A DNA stretch of 52,527 nucleotides from Hydrurus foetidus (Eukaryota): contig UYFQ01000149.1 of assembly GCA_900617105.1 (NCBI GenBank), forward strand, positions 1-52,527, read 5' to 3'. The notes beneath the pieces were generated by a model that saw only the letters and a list, made by a program, of their open reading frames with translations, was not told where the DNA came from and searched no databases. The translations under genes and the position numbers were made by a program. Shown here in pieces: positions 11,843 to 22,798 of the stretch; position 1 is the first letter of the stretch; every line of letters begins with the position of its first letter.

Positions 11843-12404
11843 GTCTAATCACTTATCGATGTAAATCTCACTGAAAGTCAATGGAGATCGATAACCCCTG
11901 CTCAGAAAAATTTTTCAAGAGCTTCGCCTCGTTCGCAAACGGGTACTGTAACGTCAGTAACAACGAATAAAGCAATTCTAACCAACTCTTGAACTGAAAA
12001 GTTCTATGGCGTGAAAGCCAAATTTAGAGTGGTAGAAAATCTGGGTGACCGTTTAGGTCAAAGACGTTGCTCAACGTCGACGAAAAGAAGTCTATAGACT
12101 AACTTTGTGTCTCTGGTGATGAATCTGTGATTCGATCGACCAGCGGAGCAAGTCTAAAATGACTTCTGGGAAGGATAAATCAACTTCGACCAAAATGTCA
12201 AGTTTGGAAGAGCCCAATGCACGGGGATTCCAAGAAAGCAGTTAATCTGACTTTCTCTAACTTAGACTAGGTCTTCTGAGCCAATGGCTGCAGAAGAAAA
12301 CGGCTCGAAAGTCGTTGAGCAGAAGCTCAGAAGTCTTATCTACAGGTTGGGACGAGTAGACGGAATGAGAAGTAGCAGAGAAAAGAGTGGACTAATAGCG
12401 CTAT

Positions 12405-12611
12405 TGTAGTCCGGATAGAAGGTAGGTCGATAGAATGGAGGTGGTAGTTAGTTACAAGACTAAGCTAGAAGCTAGGATAAACTTCTACGAGTAAGCTAGA
12501 GCTAGCTAGCAGCTGCGCTAGAGATGTATGTGTACAGTAGGCGGTAGGATCGGATGGATCGGGACTAGGTCCGGTACGGCCCGTAGGCCCGGTATAGCCG
12601 GTCCGACCACA
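12405..12611 (-). repeat. Gypsy 5' LTR (207 bp)
   Basis: Near-identical to 5854-6059; TG..CA termini; followed by ATAT. Confidence 0.96.
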
Positions 12612-12613
12612 AT

Positions 12614-13513
12614 ATGTATCCTGTGGATATCTATGTCTTTCAACCTGACGTCGGAAGCGGTCTCATGAAATGGATTTCAACGTTTGCAACGATCTTGCCG
12701 GGTCGTCTACGTGTCAACAACATTTACTTATTATATACCGGCAACAATCATTATGATTGCATACTTGATGCAGTCTTTCATCCTCGTTATTTGGGCAGTT
12801 TCTATGATAGTCCAACTGTTGTGGATATTCACGAATCCTCAAGTAATATGCATACTGGTGTTGTGCCTATGGATATGGCTGTTGCTGTCAAGCGCGAATC
12901 CTCAAGTAATATGCATACTGGTGTTGCGCCTATGGATATGGCTGTTGCTGTCAAGCGACGGAAAGTGCGTTATCAATCTATTATTGGAACTAGACGTGGT
13001 TGTAATAAATCGTCACGTGTCGGACCGCAAGCCGCCTCTACTCGGGTTGACTTTCGGAAACGAGCCATTCTGGCGACGAAACGTCTTCTTGTGTCGTCGT
13101 TACCATTCAAATATTACGGCGAGTCGCGACGGGTTATGAGTACTACATGTTATGAGTATAGTCTCGATATTCTCGATTCGGACGGTAACCCGAAAGAAAT
13201 TCCTATCGTACTTGTTAAATTGGATGATAACATAGGTTTTTCTATATGTTCTACGATTCCTAATGTTATACCATTTGGAGAAATGTGTGATGATCGCATT
13301 AAGTATAAGAATGATTTTCACAGATGGCAGTTACCTCTACGTGCTGCATCTGCGACCACTACTCATAAAATGCAAGGATCCACGGTGCATGGAAATTGTG
13401 TTACATTAGCTACAAACTTAAGTGAACATACGCCTTTTACACGTGGAATCGACTATGTATGTCATAGTAGGGCGAAAGATTTATCCAGCTTATTTCTTGT
13501 TTCCGCTCTTTGA
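12614..13513 (+). pseudogene. C-terminal OTU half fused to the C-terminal part of a Pif1-like SF1B helicase (Helitron-type)
   Basis: OTU His box IYLLYTGNNHYDCI. The helicase end IPIVLVKLD...RWQLPLRAASATTTHKMQGSTV...RGIDYVCHSRAK resembles Pif1 QFPLRLAWAxTIHKSQG and GQAYVALSR. No Walker A/B or Rep motifs were seen. Confidence 0.8.
12832..12957 (+). repeat. 63-bp in-frame tandem duplication (2 copies)
   Basis: Encodes ESSSNMHTGV(V/A)PMDMAVAVKR twice. Confidence 0.95.
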
Positions 13514-13793
13514 CCCGAACACTTTACAATATTCGGCGCGGACAGGAAGAAAGTTACTGCTGAGTACAACAGATTGCGCGTGCTATTTAACAAAGAATAA
13601 TTACTCTACTGTTACTATTATAACATTAAGTGATATGGTGCTATTGTAATTTTCTTATATAATTTAATTTGTTTAGTGAAAATACTGATTTGTTATCATC
13701 TACACAGATCAAAACTGCCTAGTTACAATGTCAGTATAATGCTAACGACTAAAAGCAGCATTTAACTCCATTGCGCTTCCTCGAATGTTCCTA

Positions 13794-15135
13794 ACGATAA
13801 AGTATAGTTGAATGTTATATGTTTTAGTCTATGAGTTTGTGTTCACGGTATCGCAACGTACAGTAAACATTGTTATGCATACGCACCAAACCTTCAGCAA
13901 ATGTGCACTAAGCGGCTGGAATATCTCGGTGCAACTCACCTATATAAGTTCTGGAAAGAATACGCAGTGTCTTCTATGTCACCAGCTTCTTCCTCTTGGG
14001 TCATTTGTCTTGACTCCTCAGCTTGTAGTAAAAGCTTGCTGGATTCCCTGGAGATACATGAATGAGGCATAGAACAGATCACCTTTATGGAATGCTCAGA
14101 TGGTGTGTACTGAGAAGCGTCTCATAAGTGTTTGATACATATTCAGTCACGATAGACTATAACAGTACCTTGCGTGGTATGTAACTCGTACCTCAACGTG
14201 AGATGAATAGGCACCGGCGCTGTTCGAATGATTGCTAATGTTGATGGTCGAAGTATTAGTTAGTTGGTGTGCTAATCAATTGCCAGTGACAAATTCATTT
14301 CTCACCGTGCATGTCCACCCTGATTCGGCGGTTGTGTTGATGAGATGAGTGCGTCTGCTCAGAGAGTTAGAATATATAATGAGTTCGGAATCTGAAGTTT
14401 ATTATTGATGAAGTCTTTGCGATGCTATCCTATTCATCTTCGAAATCGAAACGAACCTATGTGGCGTCAGAGTTGCGCTTGCCATTCGTCTACATGTTGC
14501 GGCGGACACCTATTGTCCGTCCTGTATAGAAGTTTTACAGTTGGTTAGCATCGATTGTCCTGTGTTGCGTAAGTTCCATAAGTTGTCGCATCATATAAGT
14601 CAGAGTTCATACCTTCCGAATGTGTTGCACGGTGCAAATTACCTCTTATCCTATATGGATGTCGAATATTTCCTGTGGGTGGTGATGGTCGGTTATTTCC
14701 GATCGGTTTTTATTCACATGTAATGATTCTCCAACGTGGAAGGTCAGAGCACGTATCTCTGTTGTTCCTCCACACGGTATCCCATTGTCCGTGACATATA
14801 TGCCTTTCGGGAATCCGAATGCTTCATTCTGAGAGTGGAGTGGCTCTACTATGAAGTTGTACCGCTGGCTTGTACGATGGGTTGTCGGATGTTGCAGATT
14901 GTTCGCATGTCTAGTGGCTTGTAGACTGCGTGATTGAATAGAGGATACGGTAATGTGAGTTTACATATTGTCAGACATCCGTATAGCTACGATGCGTCCC
15001 GGGACGCATCCTACCTATACGGATAACGTATAGAATGTATTCACGCGGTGTTTTGAAGTACAGAATACAATAATTATATCAATTTCTGTATTCATACAGA
15101 ATACTATTCGTACACAGACAACCGTATAGATACGA
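13794..15135 (+). repeat. ~1.34-kb segmental duplication, copy 1
   Basis: Near-identical to 16131-17474 (offset 2337-2338); identical ORF-track peptides at 14541/16879 and 14736/17074. Confidence 0.96.
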
Positions 15136-15560
15136 TGCGTCCCGGGACGCATCCTACCTATACGGATAACGAATAGAATGTATTCACGCGGTGTTTTGAA
15201 GTACAGAATACAATAATTATATCAATTTCTGTATTCATACAGAATACAATTCGTACACAGACTACCGTATAGATACGATGCGTCCCGGGACGCATCCTAC
15301 CTATACGGATAACGAATAGAATGTATTCACGCGGTGTTTTGAAGTACAGAATACAATAATTATATCAATTTCTGTATTCATACAGAATACTATTCGTACA
15401 CAGACAACCGTATAGATACGATGCGTCCCGGGACGCATCCTACCTATACGGATAACGAATAGAATGTATTCACGCGGTGTTTTGAAGTACAGAATACAAT
15501 AATTATATCAATTTCTGTATTCATACAGAATACTATTCGTACACAGACAACCGTATAGAT
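14979..15560. repeat. 143-bp tandem repeat (4 full copies plus a stub) with internal palindromes
   Basis: Units start CCGTATAG at 14979, 15122, 15265, 15408 and 15551. Each full unit contains the perfect palindrome GATGCGTCCCGGGACGCATC. One further unit starts at 17317. Confidence 0.97.
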
Positions 15561-16130
15561 TGAATGCGTCGCGTAAGTGGTGAAATGCACAGTTACACCT
15601 CAGCCAAGAATAGAAGGTGACAGTATGACAACATTCATATTGTGATCATGAAGTATTACCTGATAATTTACAGATTGCCGAATCGTGACTATATGTCAAT
15701 GGATATTCAACCTGGTCCGGGTTATTTGTATCGTCATGGACTTTTTTATCTACCGTGTTATAGTATGTTTTCGGCACGAATTATTGTTGGTTAGAGATGG
15801 TTTGATTTGTGCTAACGCGGGTAAATGCATGTGGACGAAACATATGCATATATGGTGGAAACATGCCGTTTCGATTAACACACCTTATATTCGGTATGTG
15901 TCAGTTTTCGGTTTTTGTGAATTTGTTGTTTTTCAAATTCTATACAATGTTAGTATCATCCGAGGAAAGCAAGGAACTACTTGGTGCTATTACAATTTTC
16001 TTATATATTTATAATTTGTATTGTGTAAAAATTTTGATCTGATAAACATTTATTCTGGTCTATACTCCCTGTCTAAATGATAACGACTAAAAGCTACGTC
16101 GATATCCATGGCGTTCTTTGAATGTTCCTT

Positions 16131-17474
16131 TCGATAAAGTATAGTTGAATGTTATATGTTTTAGTCTATGAGTTTGTGTTCACGGTATCGCAACGTACAG
16201 TAAACATTGTTATGCATACGCACCAAACCTTCAGCAAATGTGCACTAAGCGGCTGGAATATCTCGGTGCAACTCACCTATATAAGTTCTGGAAAGAATAC
16301 GCAGTGTCTTCTATGTCACCAGCTTCTTTGTTCTTGGGTCATTTGTCTTGACTCCTCAGCTTGTAGTAAAAGCTTGCTGGATTCCCTGGAGATACATGAA
16401 TGAGGCATAGAACAGATCACCTTTATGGAATGCTCAGATGGTGTGTACTGAGAAGCGTCTCATAAGTGTTTGATACATATTCAGTCACGATAGACTATAA
16501 CAGTACCTTGCGTGGTATGTAACTCGTACCTCAACGTGAGATGAATAGGCACCGGCGCTGTTCGAATGATTGCTAATGTTGATGGTCGAAGTATTAGTTA
16601 GTTGGTGTGCTAATCAAATGTCAGTGACAAATTCATTTCTCACCGTGCATGTCCACCCTGATTCGGCGGTTGCGTTGATGAGATGAGTGCGTCTGCTCAG
16701 AGAGTTAGAATATATAATGAGTTCGGAATCTGAAGTTTATTATTGATGAAGTCTTTGCGATGCTATCCTATTCATCTTCGAAATCGAAACGAACCTATGT
16801 GGCGTCAGAGTTGCGCTTGCCATTCGTCTACATGTTGCGGCGGACACCTATTGTCCGTCCTGTATAGAAGTTTTACAGTTGGTTAGCATCGATTGTCCTG
16901 TGTTGCGTAAGTTCCATAAGTTGTCGCATCATATAAGTCAGAGTTCATACCTTCCGAATGTGTTGCACGGTGCAAATTACCTCTTATCCTATATGGATGT
17001 CGAATATTTCCTGTGGGTGGTGATGGTCGGTTATTTCCGATCGGTTTTTATTCACATGTAATGATTCTCCAACGTGGAAGGTCAGAGCACGTATCTCTGT
17101 TGTTCCTCCACGCGGTATCCCATTGTCCGTGACATATATGCCTTTCGGGAATCCGAATGCTTCATTCTGAGAGTGGAGTGGCTCTACTATGAAGTTGTAC
17201 CGCTGGCTTGTACGATGGGTTGTCGGATGTTGCAGATTGTTCGCATGTCTAGTGGCTTGTAGACTGCGTGATTGAATAGAGGATACGGTAATGTGAGTTT
17301 ACATATTGTCAGACATCCGTATAGCTAGGATGCGTCCCGGGACGCATCCTACCTATACGGATAACGTATAGAATGTATTCACGCGGTGTTTTGAAGTACA
17401 GAATACAATAATTATATCAATTTCTGTATTCATACAGAATACAATTCGCACACAGACTACCGTATAGATACGAT
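16131..17474 (+). repeat. ~1.34-kb segmental duplication, copy 2
   Basis: See copy 1; this copy ends after a single 143-bp unit. Confidence 0.96.
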
Positions 17475-17559
17475 GGGTCCTACGATGATACAAATAAACC
17501 TTGTACGATGAACGCGTCCTTATTATCGAAGCGTCCCGAAAAATTAATAGTCACTTCTA

Positions 17560-17860
17560 ATTGTTTAGGTGGGGTACACTTTGTTGAGGTGTGATACTAT
17601 TCCGTACAGCTCTCAGCTGGAAGCTTTGGAGGCAGAAACTCACCTTGCTAGACCATACTGTATGACTCCGTACTACGCACTATATCAGATCTCCTCCTGC
17701 TTGTCCCTTAAGATCCGATTCCGAGACTTTATATTCCTCCCGAAGGATTGGTGTCGTCAACTCGACCCCATAACGCACTCGTTGAGGGGGAATCGAACCC
17801 ACTTCTGTTGTGAAAGGTGGGTGCAGGCAACCGCTGCCCGACCACTCGGGCAACAGCTGT
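17560..17860 (-). mobile_element. tRNA-derived SINE-like element or tRNA pseudogene (3' end uncertain)
   Basis: Minus strand has an A-box-like TGCCCGAGTGG (17852-17842) and a B box GGTTCGATTCC (17799-17789). D-arm CCC/GGG pairing is present, but I could not form a convincing acceptor or anticodon stem. Confidence 0.6.
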
Positions 17861-18240
17861 TTCCGACATTGTGGGAATAAGTGTTACATTTAAATGTAAC
17901 ATTATAAATGTGCATTTAAAATGGTACACTTTGATGCACATTTATAATGTGACACTTAAGTGTATTTAAATGTAACATTTTAATGTACATTAAGTATTAA
18001 GTGTACTGTCAGTAATAAGTGAAGTGTATAATTAAATGTTTTCAAATTAAATGTACATTAACTGATTATACAAGCCTGGTCCCGACTCCATATTTGGATT
18101 CGAATACCGTATACGAAAGTAACATTCACATACTAAACCGTATACGCATGCCTGCGTCCTTGTTATCGAATGCGTCCCGAAGAATCATATATTATGTATA
18201 CCGTATACAAAAGTGACGAACTTTAATCCCCCATACGGTA

Positions 18241-21200
18241 CCGTCAAGTGCCTCTTTAATTGTATTCCGTTTCAGTGGTGTCACACGAAAAAGTGGAAAT
18301 TCGATTCATCTTGAGCAACATCATCCATTTACAGACCAACTTCAGATACAATAGAATATCTCCTTGTGGACGACAGATTCAGGTCGGAGAATTTGCGACG
18401 ACAAGGTGTTCGGGCCGCCAATTTGGGATCGACAATTTTTGACCTCGCGCAATAAGTCGTTCAAAAGATAGAGACAGCGGTAGTCTAGATCAATCTAATA
18501 GAAGGCATCTCTTCAACAGCTTCAAAGGTAACGTTGCAGTGCATAACACCGTCAGAGATTTCGATGGCATGTTCTTTGACTCTTAAGAAAATCAATATAT
18601 TGACCGCGTTTCAACGAATTGCTCTGATAAGCTATCACTTCAAATTATCCAGGATGAGAGCCATGATTGAATTTCGATCAACTGGAAAAGGTCTTTTCGC
18701 ATTGAGGAAGACAATAAAACTTGCTGGGGACATTGAGCTATTGTTGAAGAGGGATCCAGATAATTTGAAAGGTGACGAATGATTATATTCTTCTACTGCT
18801 CACAGCTGTGCATGAGATATCATCGAGGTCAATGAAGCAAGCATAACTACAGTTGACGCGGTTTATTTCTGTTTGGTTTTTCTTTAGATCCAAATTGCAT
18901 TTGTATTATGACTCCAGCGGAAAAGCCTTGTATCGAGCCGAATTCATACATACCTGGGGAGAGAGTGGGGAATCTAGATAGGATGCATGCGAAGATATTA
19001 GCGCCGCTGATGGATGGCGGTACTCGGAATCAAACTGAATACAATATGTATGATGTGGGTTTCACGTTTGCTTGTAGATTAGAGTCATGCACAAATCACA
19101 CATGCGAAGGTTATCAACTCTTTGTCATAGTGTATACAGTAAACTCAGATCTATGGACAGATTCTCTTTTTGATTTCCTTCATGCTTCTGGATTAAACCC
19201 TTCCAAACTAAATTGATTACCAGTTGAGCAATGTGTACCGAACTAATGCAATTTAAATTCTCTAATTTACAAACTAAACAGAGTGTTCTAACGTAACTTA
19301 TTTTATTTATTCATTTGTTCTTTCATGAAGAATCTTCTTCGTATGTGTCGACACCGGAATCTTCTTCTTCGTCACACTCATTATTTTCAACGAAATACAG
19401 AAATAGAGCTCTCTCAATTGCATCCTGTTGAGTTTCACTGTCATCTTCTACTGAGTCATCGAGCTCAATCGTTCCTTGTGGTACAATAGGTAATGTGCCG
19501 CTTGAGTGAGATTTCTCGTACATCTTAAAATTCTCATTTGAAGTGTCTTCCTCAGAATTGTAGGGTAATGTGCCTGTACTGATAAAGGATGCATTGATGC
19601 AATTTCTAAATTTCTGATCTTTGAATTGATTGTCGAATAACAAGATTATATCTTGCATTCCCTCGGTCATTGACGGTCTCGGTGGAACGAAATCTGGATT
19701 CTTTCGCTGATTCATTTGCAATGCCAAATCAGCCATTCTTTCTGCTTTGTATATTTGAAAGCTATCGTATAATCTTTCAGCCCTTTTGGTCTTAACATGA
19801 GATTTGATAGGTCCATTTACTATGAGATCTAGGACCTGTAATTCCGACGTCATATTTGGTGGAAGGAATGCTACATCAATGTCTGTTTCTACTATTGTAT
19901 CTCTAACGCTGCTGGTTCTATGACTTCCACAATTGTCACACCAGAGAAGCATTTTACCTAATTTTATTCTGATTGGATGCATAACTAATTCATACCACAT
20001 CACCATTCTGACCGTATCATTCCAGGCTTTACACTGGCTCGTGATAACATTTCCGGATAATTCATGAATAATGTAAGTACACTTGTGAATTGCCGTTACA
20101 TTTTTTATTGTTAACTCCTTTTCCCATATTTCTATTGACCACCCATCTGAATTTCTGTAACCTTCCTTTTTGAATAATTCGTGTATTACTCTCATTCTTG
20201 TTTGATCAGGTCTTACATCCGAGCTTATTGTGTGCTTAATGATCAACATTAGTGGTGCAAATATCCCATTTCCGTTCACTGCGATGACCGCTGTAATTCG
20301 CAGCTTATCATTTGAAATACCGATATTGGTCGCCCGCTGTTGATCCCCGGGACAAAAAATGTGGGTGGGCCCTATTGCATAGGTAAATGCAGTTTCGTCA
20401 AAATTGAAACATGTGTCCGCATTGTGGCCTTTATTAATGTATTTTCAATATACGTCTGATTTCTTCATCTGTGGGTGTAGCCTTGTCTTCTCTAGTGATT
20501 TTTCTCCTTCTAAGTCCACCCATTTGTGCGAGAAATTTAAATTTTTAATACTTTTTTCATTGACATATTTTTCATGTTGCCGAGCGCATTTAGCCGCTGT
20601 GATGATAATAGCGTAAGAGTATGTGACATTTACAATTATTCTCACGACTGCATCCTAATTAAATTGATTAAAGAGTATTATTTAGAGGTCATATTGCATT
20701 ATTTTATACCGTTTATATAAGATAATGCTTCTCACCTTTTCAAATACACAAAGCATTAATTTTCCCCATATATCTGATTCAAATTCCACATTAACTTTTT
20801 TCCCTGTTCTATCGTTGATTTTATCTCTATGCTCATGCCAGCGCAAAATAGTGCGAGCTGATATTTGAGAATAGTATGTTCTGGTGCCTAGTAACTTCGA
20901 AGCTGCTTCTGCTGCAGTGCGAGTGGGGCGTTTATAATCTCTTTCCATCGCTAATGAAAGGATAACATTAAACATATTTAGAATGTTATCCCGATCCTTT
21001 TCATCATATGTTACTTTTTTTAGGGGTAGCTCACGAAATGCACTTAGCACTCTTTCTTCCTTATCCAAATCAGCACAATGATGCATGTTATTCTCCTCGT
21101 AGTCATCTAATAAATTATAGTCTGATTCTTCGTCGGAACTAATTTCAGAGTCATCGTTATTAACATGGTTATCATCAATTAATGCAGCACTAATTTTCCT

Positions 21201-22255
21201 TTTCTTTGTTTCTGACTTTTCTATGGCCCCATTTAAATAAAATGCTGCATGCTCTTCGCCGTACTCTTTCTCAACGGATTCTAATACTTTTTTGGAATTA
21301 TTGCTTGTACTTCTTCTACACAATTCTGACGGAGATTTTCTTATTTGTGCAGGTCGTATTTTAAGCACTTTAAATGCCTGTGGCAAATGTATTGCAACAA
21401 AAACGGACGATGGAGTACAATGAATTGATTTTCATATTTGTATTGCTTCGCAATTTCATCTCGGAGGCGGATGATGTCGTTCAGGATGTTATTTGATGTC
21501 GATACTTCGTTGATCGGTCTGCATGTAATAAATTTTAATTCAATACTTCGTCGACTTTCTCGAAGATTGTAGTACGTAGAAAGTCCTCTATCTTCCTTAA
21601 AAACTTCAATTGTATTGACTCCTCTGTTTTGTATTAGCTTTTTAAAGATGCACAGACCATGCTTGAGGGCAATCGAATCAACATAGAAATCTGCACTATC
21701 ACTCCACGGCATTATATTCAATTTTTCGCTTAATTCCTCTGCACACCACTGACGGCCGATATCATCATCGTCTATTATGATTCTGGACATGACTATAGCT
21801 ACCATAAAAGTGCAATAGTCTACGTGAACGTCATATGGCTTCATTTTACTGCTGTAATCTACAGTAAAGCTACAGGCACTTTACTGGATACACCGATCAC
21901 GACGTTGAAACGAGCGAAGATATCCTGTTGATAAAGGTCAGTGAAAAAAGTAAATGGCGCATAGAATGTAAAAGCAACTGATAGCTCGAAAGTTATTGCA
22001 CCTGGACGTCGGAGACATTTTGAGATCGACGATTTTGTTGAGCCGACTTTTGATAAATTTTGAGGCCTTTATTGAAAAAAATTGATACCTTGGGGAGCCT
22101 CAATGCACCACGATTACAAAATGATACTCGCTGATGAATTTGATCACTTCTGCGCTGAGATCTAATCCAGTGTAGTTCTGCATCGATATCATCCATTTTG
22201 AGTAAATATGATGTGGAATTCCGGTCCGGAATACAATTAAAGAGGCACTTGACGG
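18241..22255 (-). mobile_element. pogo-family (Tc1/mariner) DNA transposon, 4015 bp
   Basis: Perfect 29-bp TIRs CCGTCAAGTGCCTCTTTAATTGTATTCCG (18241-18269 and 22227-22255), TA on both flanks (18239-40, 22256-57), and an internal DDE_1-type transposase. Confidence 0.95.
19323..21844 (-). pseudogene. pogo-like DD35D transposase, disrupted, with an intron
   Basis: FNFDETAF (~20400), KLRITAVIAVNGNG, LLWCDNCGSH and FLPPNMTSELQVLD (35 aa between the 2nd and 3rd D). A phase-0 GT..AG intron (20735-20655) joins ORFs 20682-21386 and 20445-20645. Frame breaks at ~20515 and ~20440. Whether ORF 21341-21844 belongs to the gene is uncertain. Confidence 0.85.
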
Positions 22256-22288
22256 TAGCTCGACGAGCTGCCCCACCACAATATTGTA

Positions 22289-22798
22289 CCGTCGAGTGCC
22301 CTTTGTTTTGCATAACTAAACGGTAATCTGTACGACCAGACCGTCTTATCCACCACAACTCAATATATCGATCCTTGCATTACAATCTCATTTTCTAAGT
22401 CAGTACAGCATACCACACCTTCCCAAGTGGCACTGTCGTTTAATGATGTCCTGGTTGAAAGTTCCCACCGCAAATTTGTGATAATTAAGTTAGAAACGTC
22501 GTTCAATTACGGGTCGTAAAAGTTGGCATAATTCGAGAGTCGTTCAGAAGATTGCAATTATTGAGCAGGAGGCCAATCTGAGGTGACTTTCGGCTACTCT
22601 AGAGCTACTTTACTCTTTCGGCGTTACTGTCTCGGCAACGCAAGAAACGGGACTCTAATCGGTGACTTCTAGAGTGAGTTGTGGTATGTGGAGTAGTTGT
22701 GCTGGTATATATGATGGATAACATTCACGAGATAGAGGATTACCCTTTTATTTACCCCACACCATACAAACGTAAACAAAACAAAGGGCACTCGACGG
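22289..22798. mobile_element. MITE / non-autonomous pogo-like element, 510 bp
   Basis: Perfect 22-bp TIRs CCGTCGAGTGCCCTTTGTTTTG (22289-22310 and 22777-22798); TA on the left; the right flank is the Copia LTR. The TIR resembles that of the neighbouring pogo element. Confidence 0.88.

Larger units (their letters stand above)
5854..12611 (-). mobile_element. Full-length Gypsy/Ty3 LTR retrotransposon with a chromodomain (chromovirus-type)
   Basis: TG...CA LTRs at 5854-6059 and 12405-12611; 4-bp TSD ATAT (5850-5853, 12612-12615); polypurine tract next to the 3' LTR; domain order gag-PR-RT-RH-IN-chromodomain. Confidence 0.97.
5174..22285 (+). mobile_element. Degenerate Helitron2/Helentron-like element hosting nested insertions
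   Basis: TGGGGGATTAA (5174-5184) is the exact inverse of TTAATCCCCCA (18223-18233). Removing the pogo element puts the hairpin GGTAGCTC-GAC-GAGCTGCC directly after the right copy. The internal ORF has OTU and Pif1 helicase motifs. The right boundary is approximate. Confidence 0.6.

Noticed and set aside
6516..11864. Plus-strand ORFs antisense to the Gypsy genes (and minus-strand ORFs in the Copia)
   Set aside because: They are shadow ORFs with no recognisable motifs.
14979..15560. Palindromic direct repeats resembling a CRISPR array
   Set aside because: The intervening sequences are near-identical rather than unique spacers, there are no cas genes, and the context is eukaryotic.
17775..17860. 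Functional tRNA gene
   Set aside because: The acceptor and anticodon stems do not pair, so it is treated as a SINE-like head or pseudogene.
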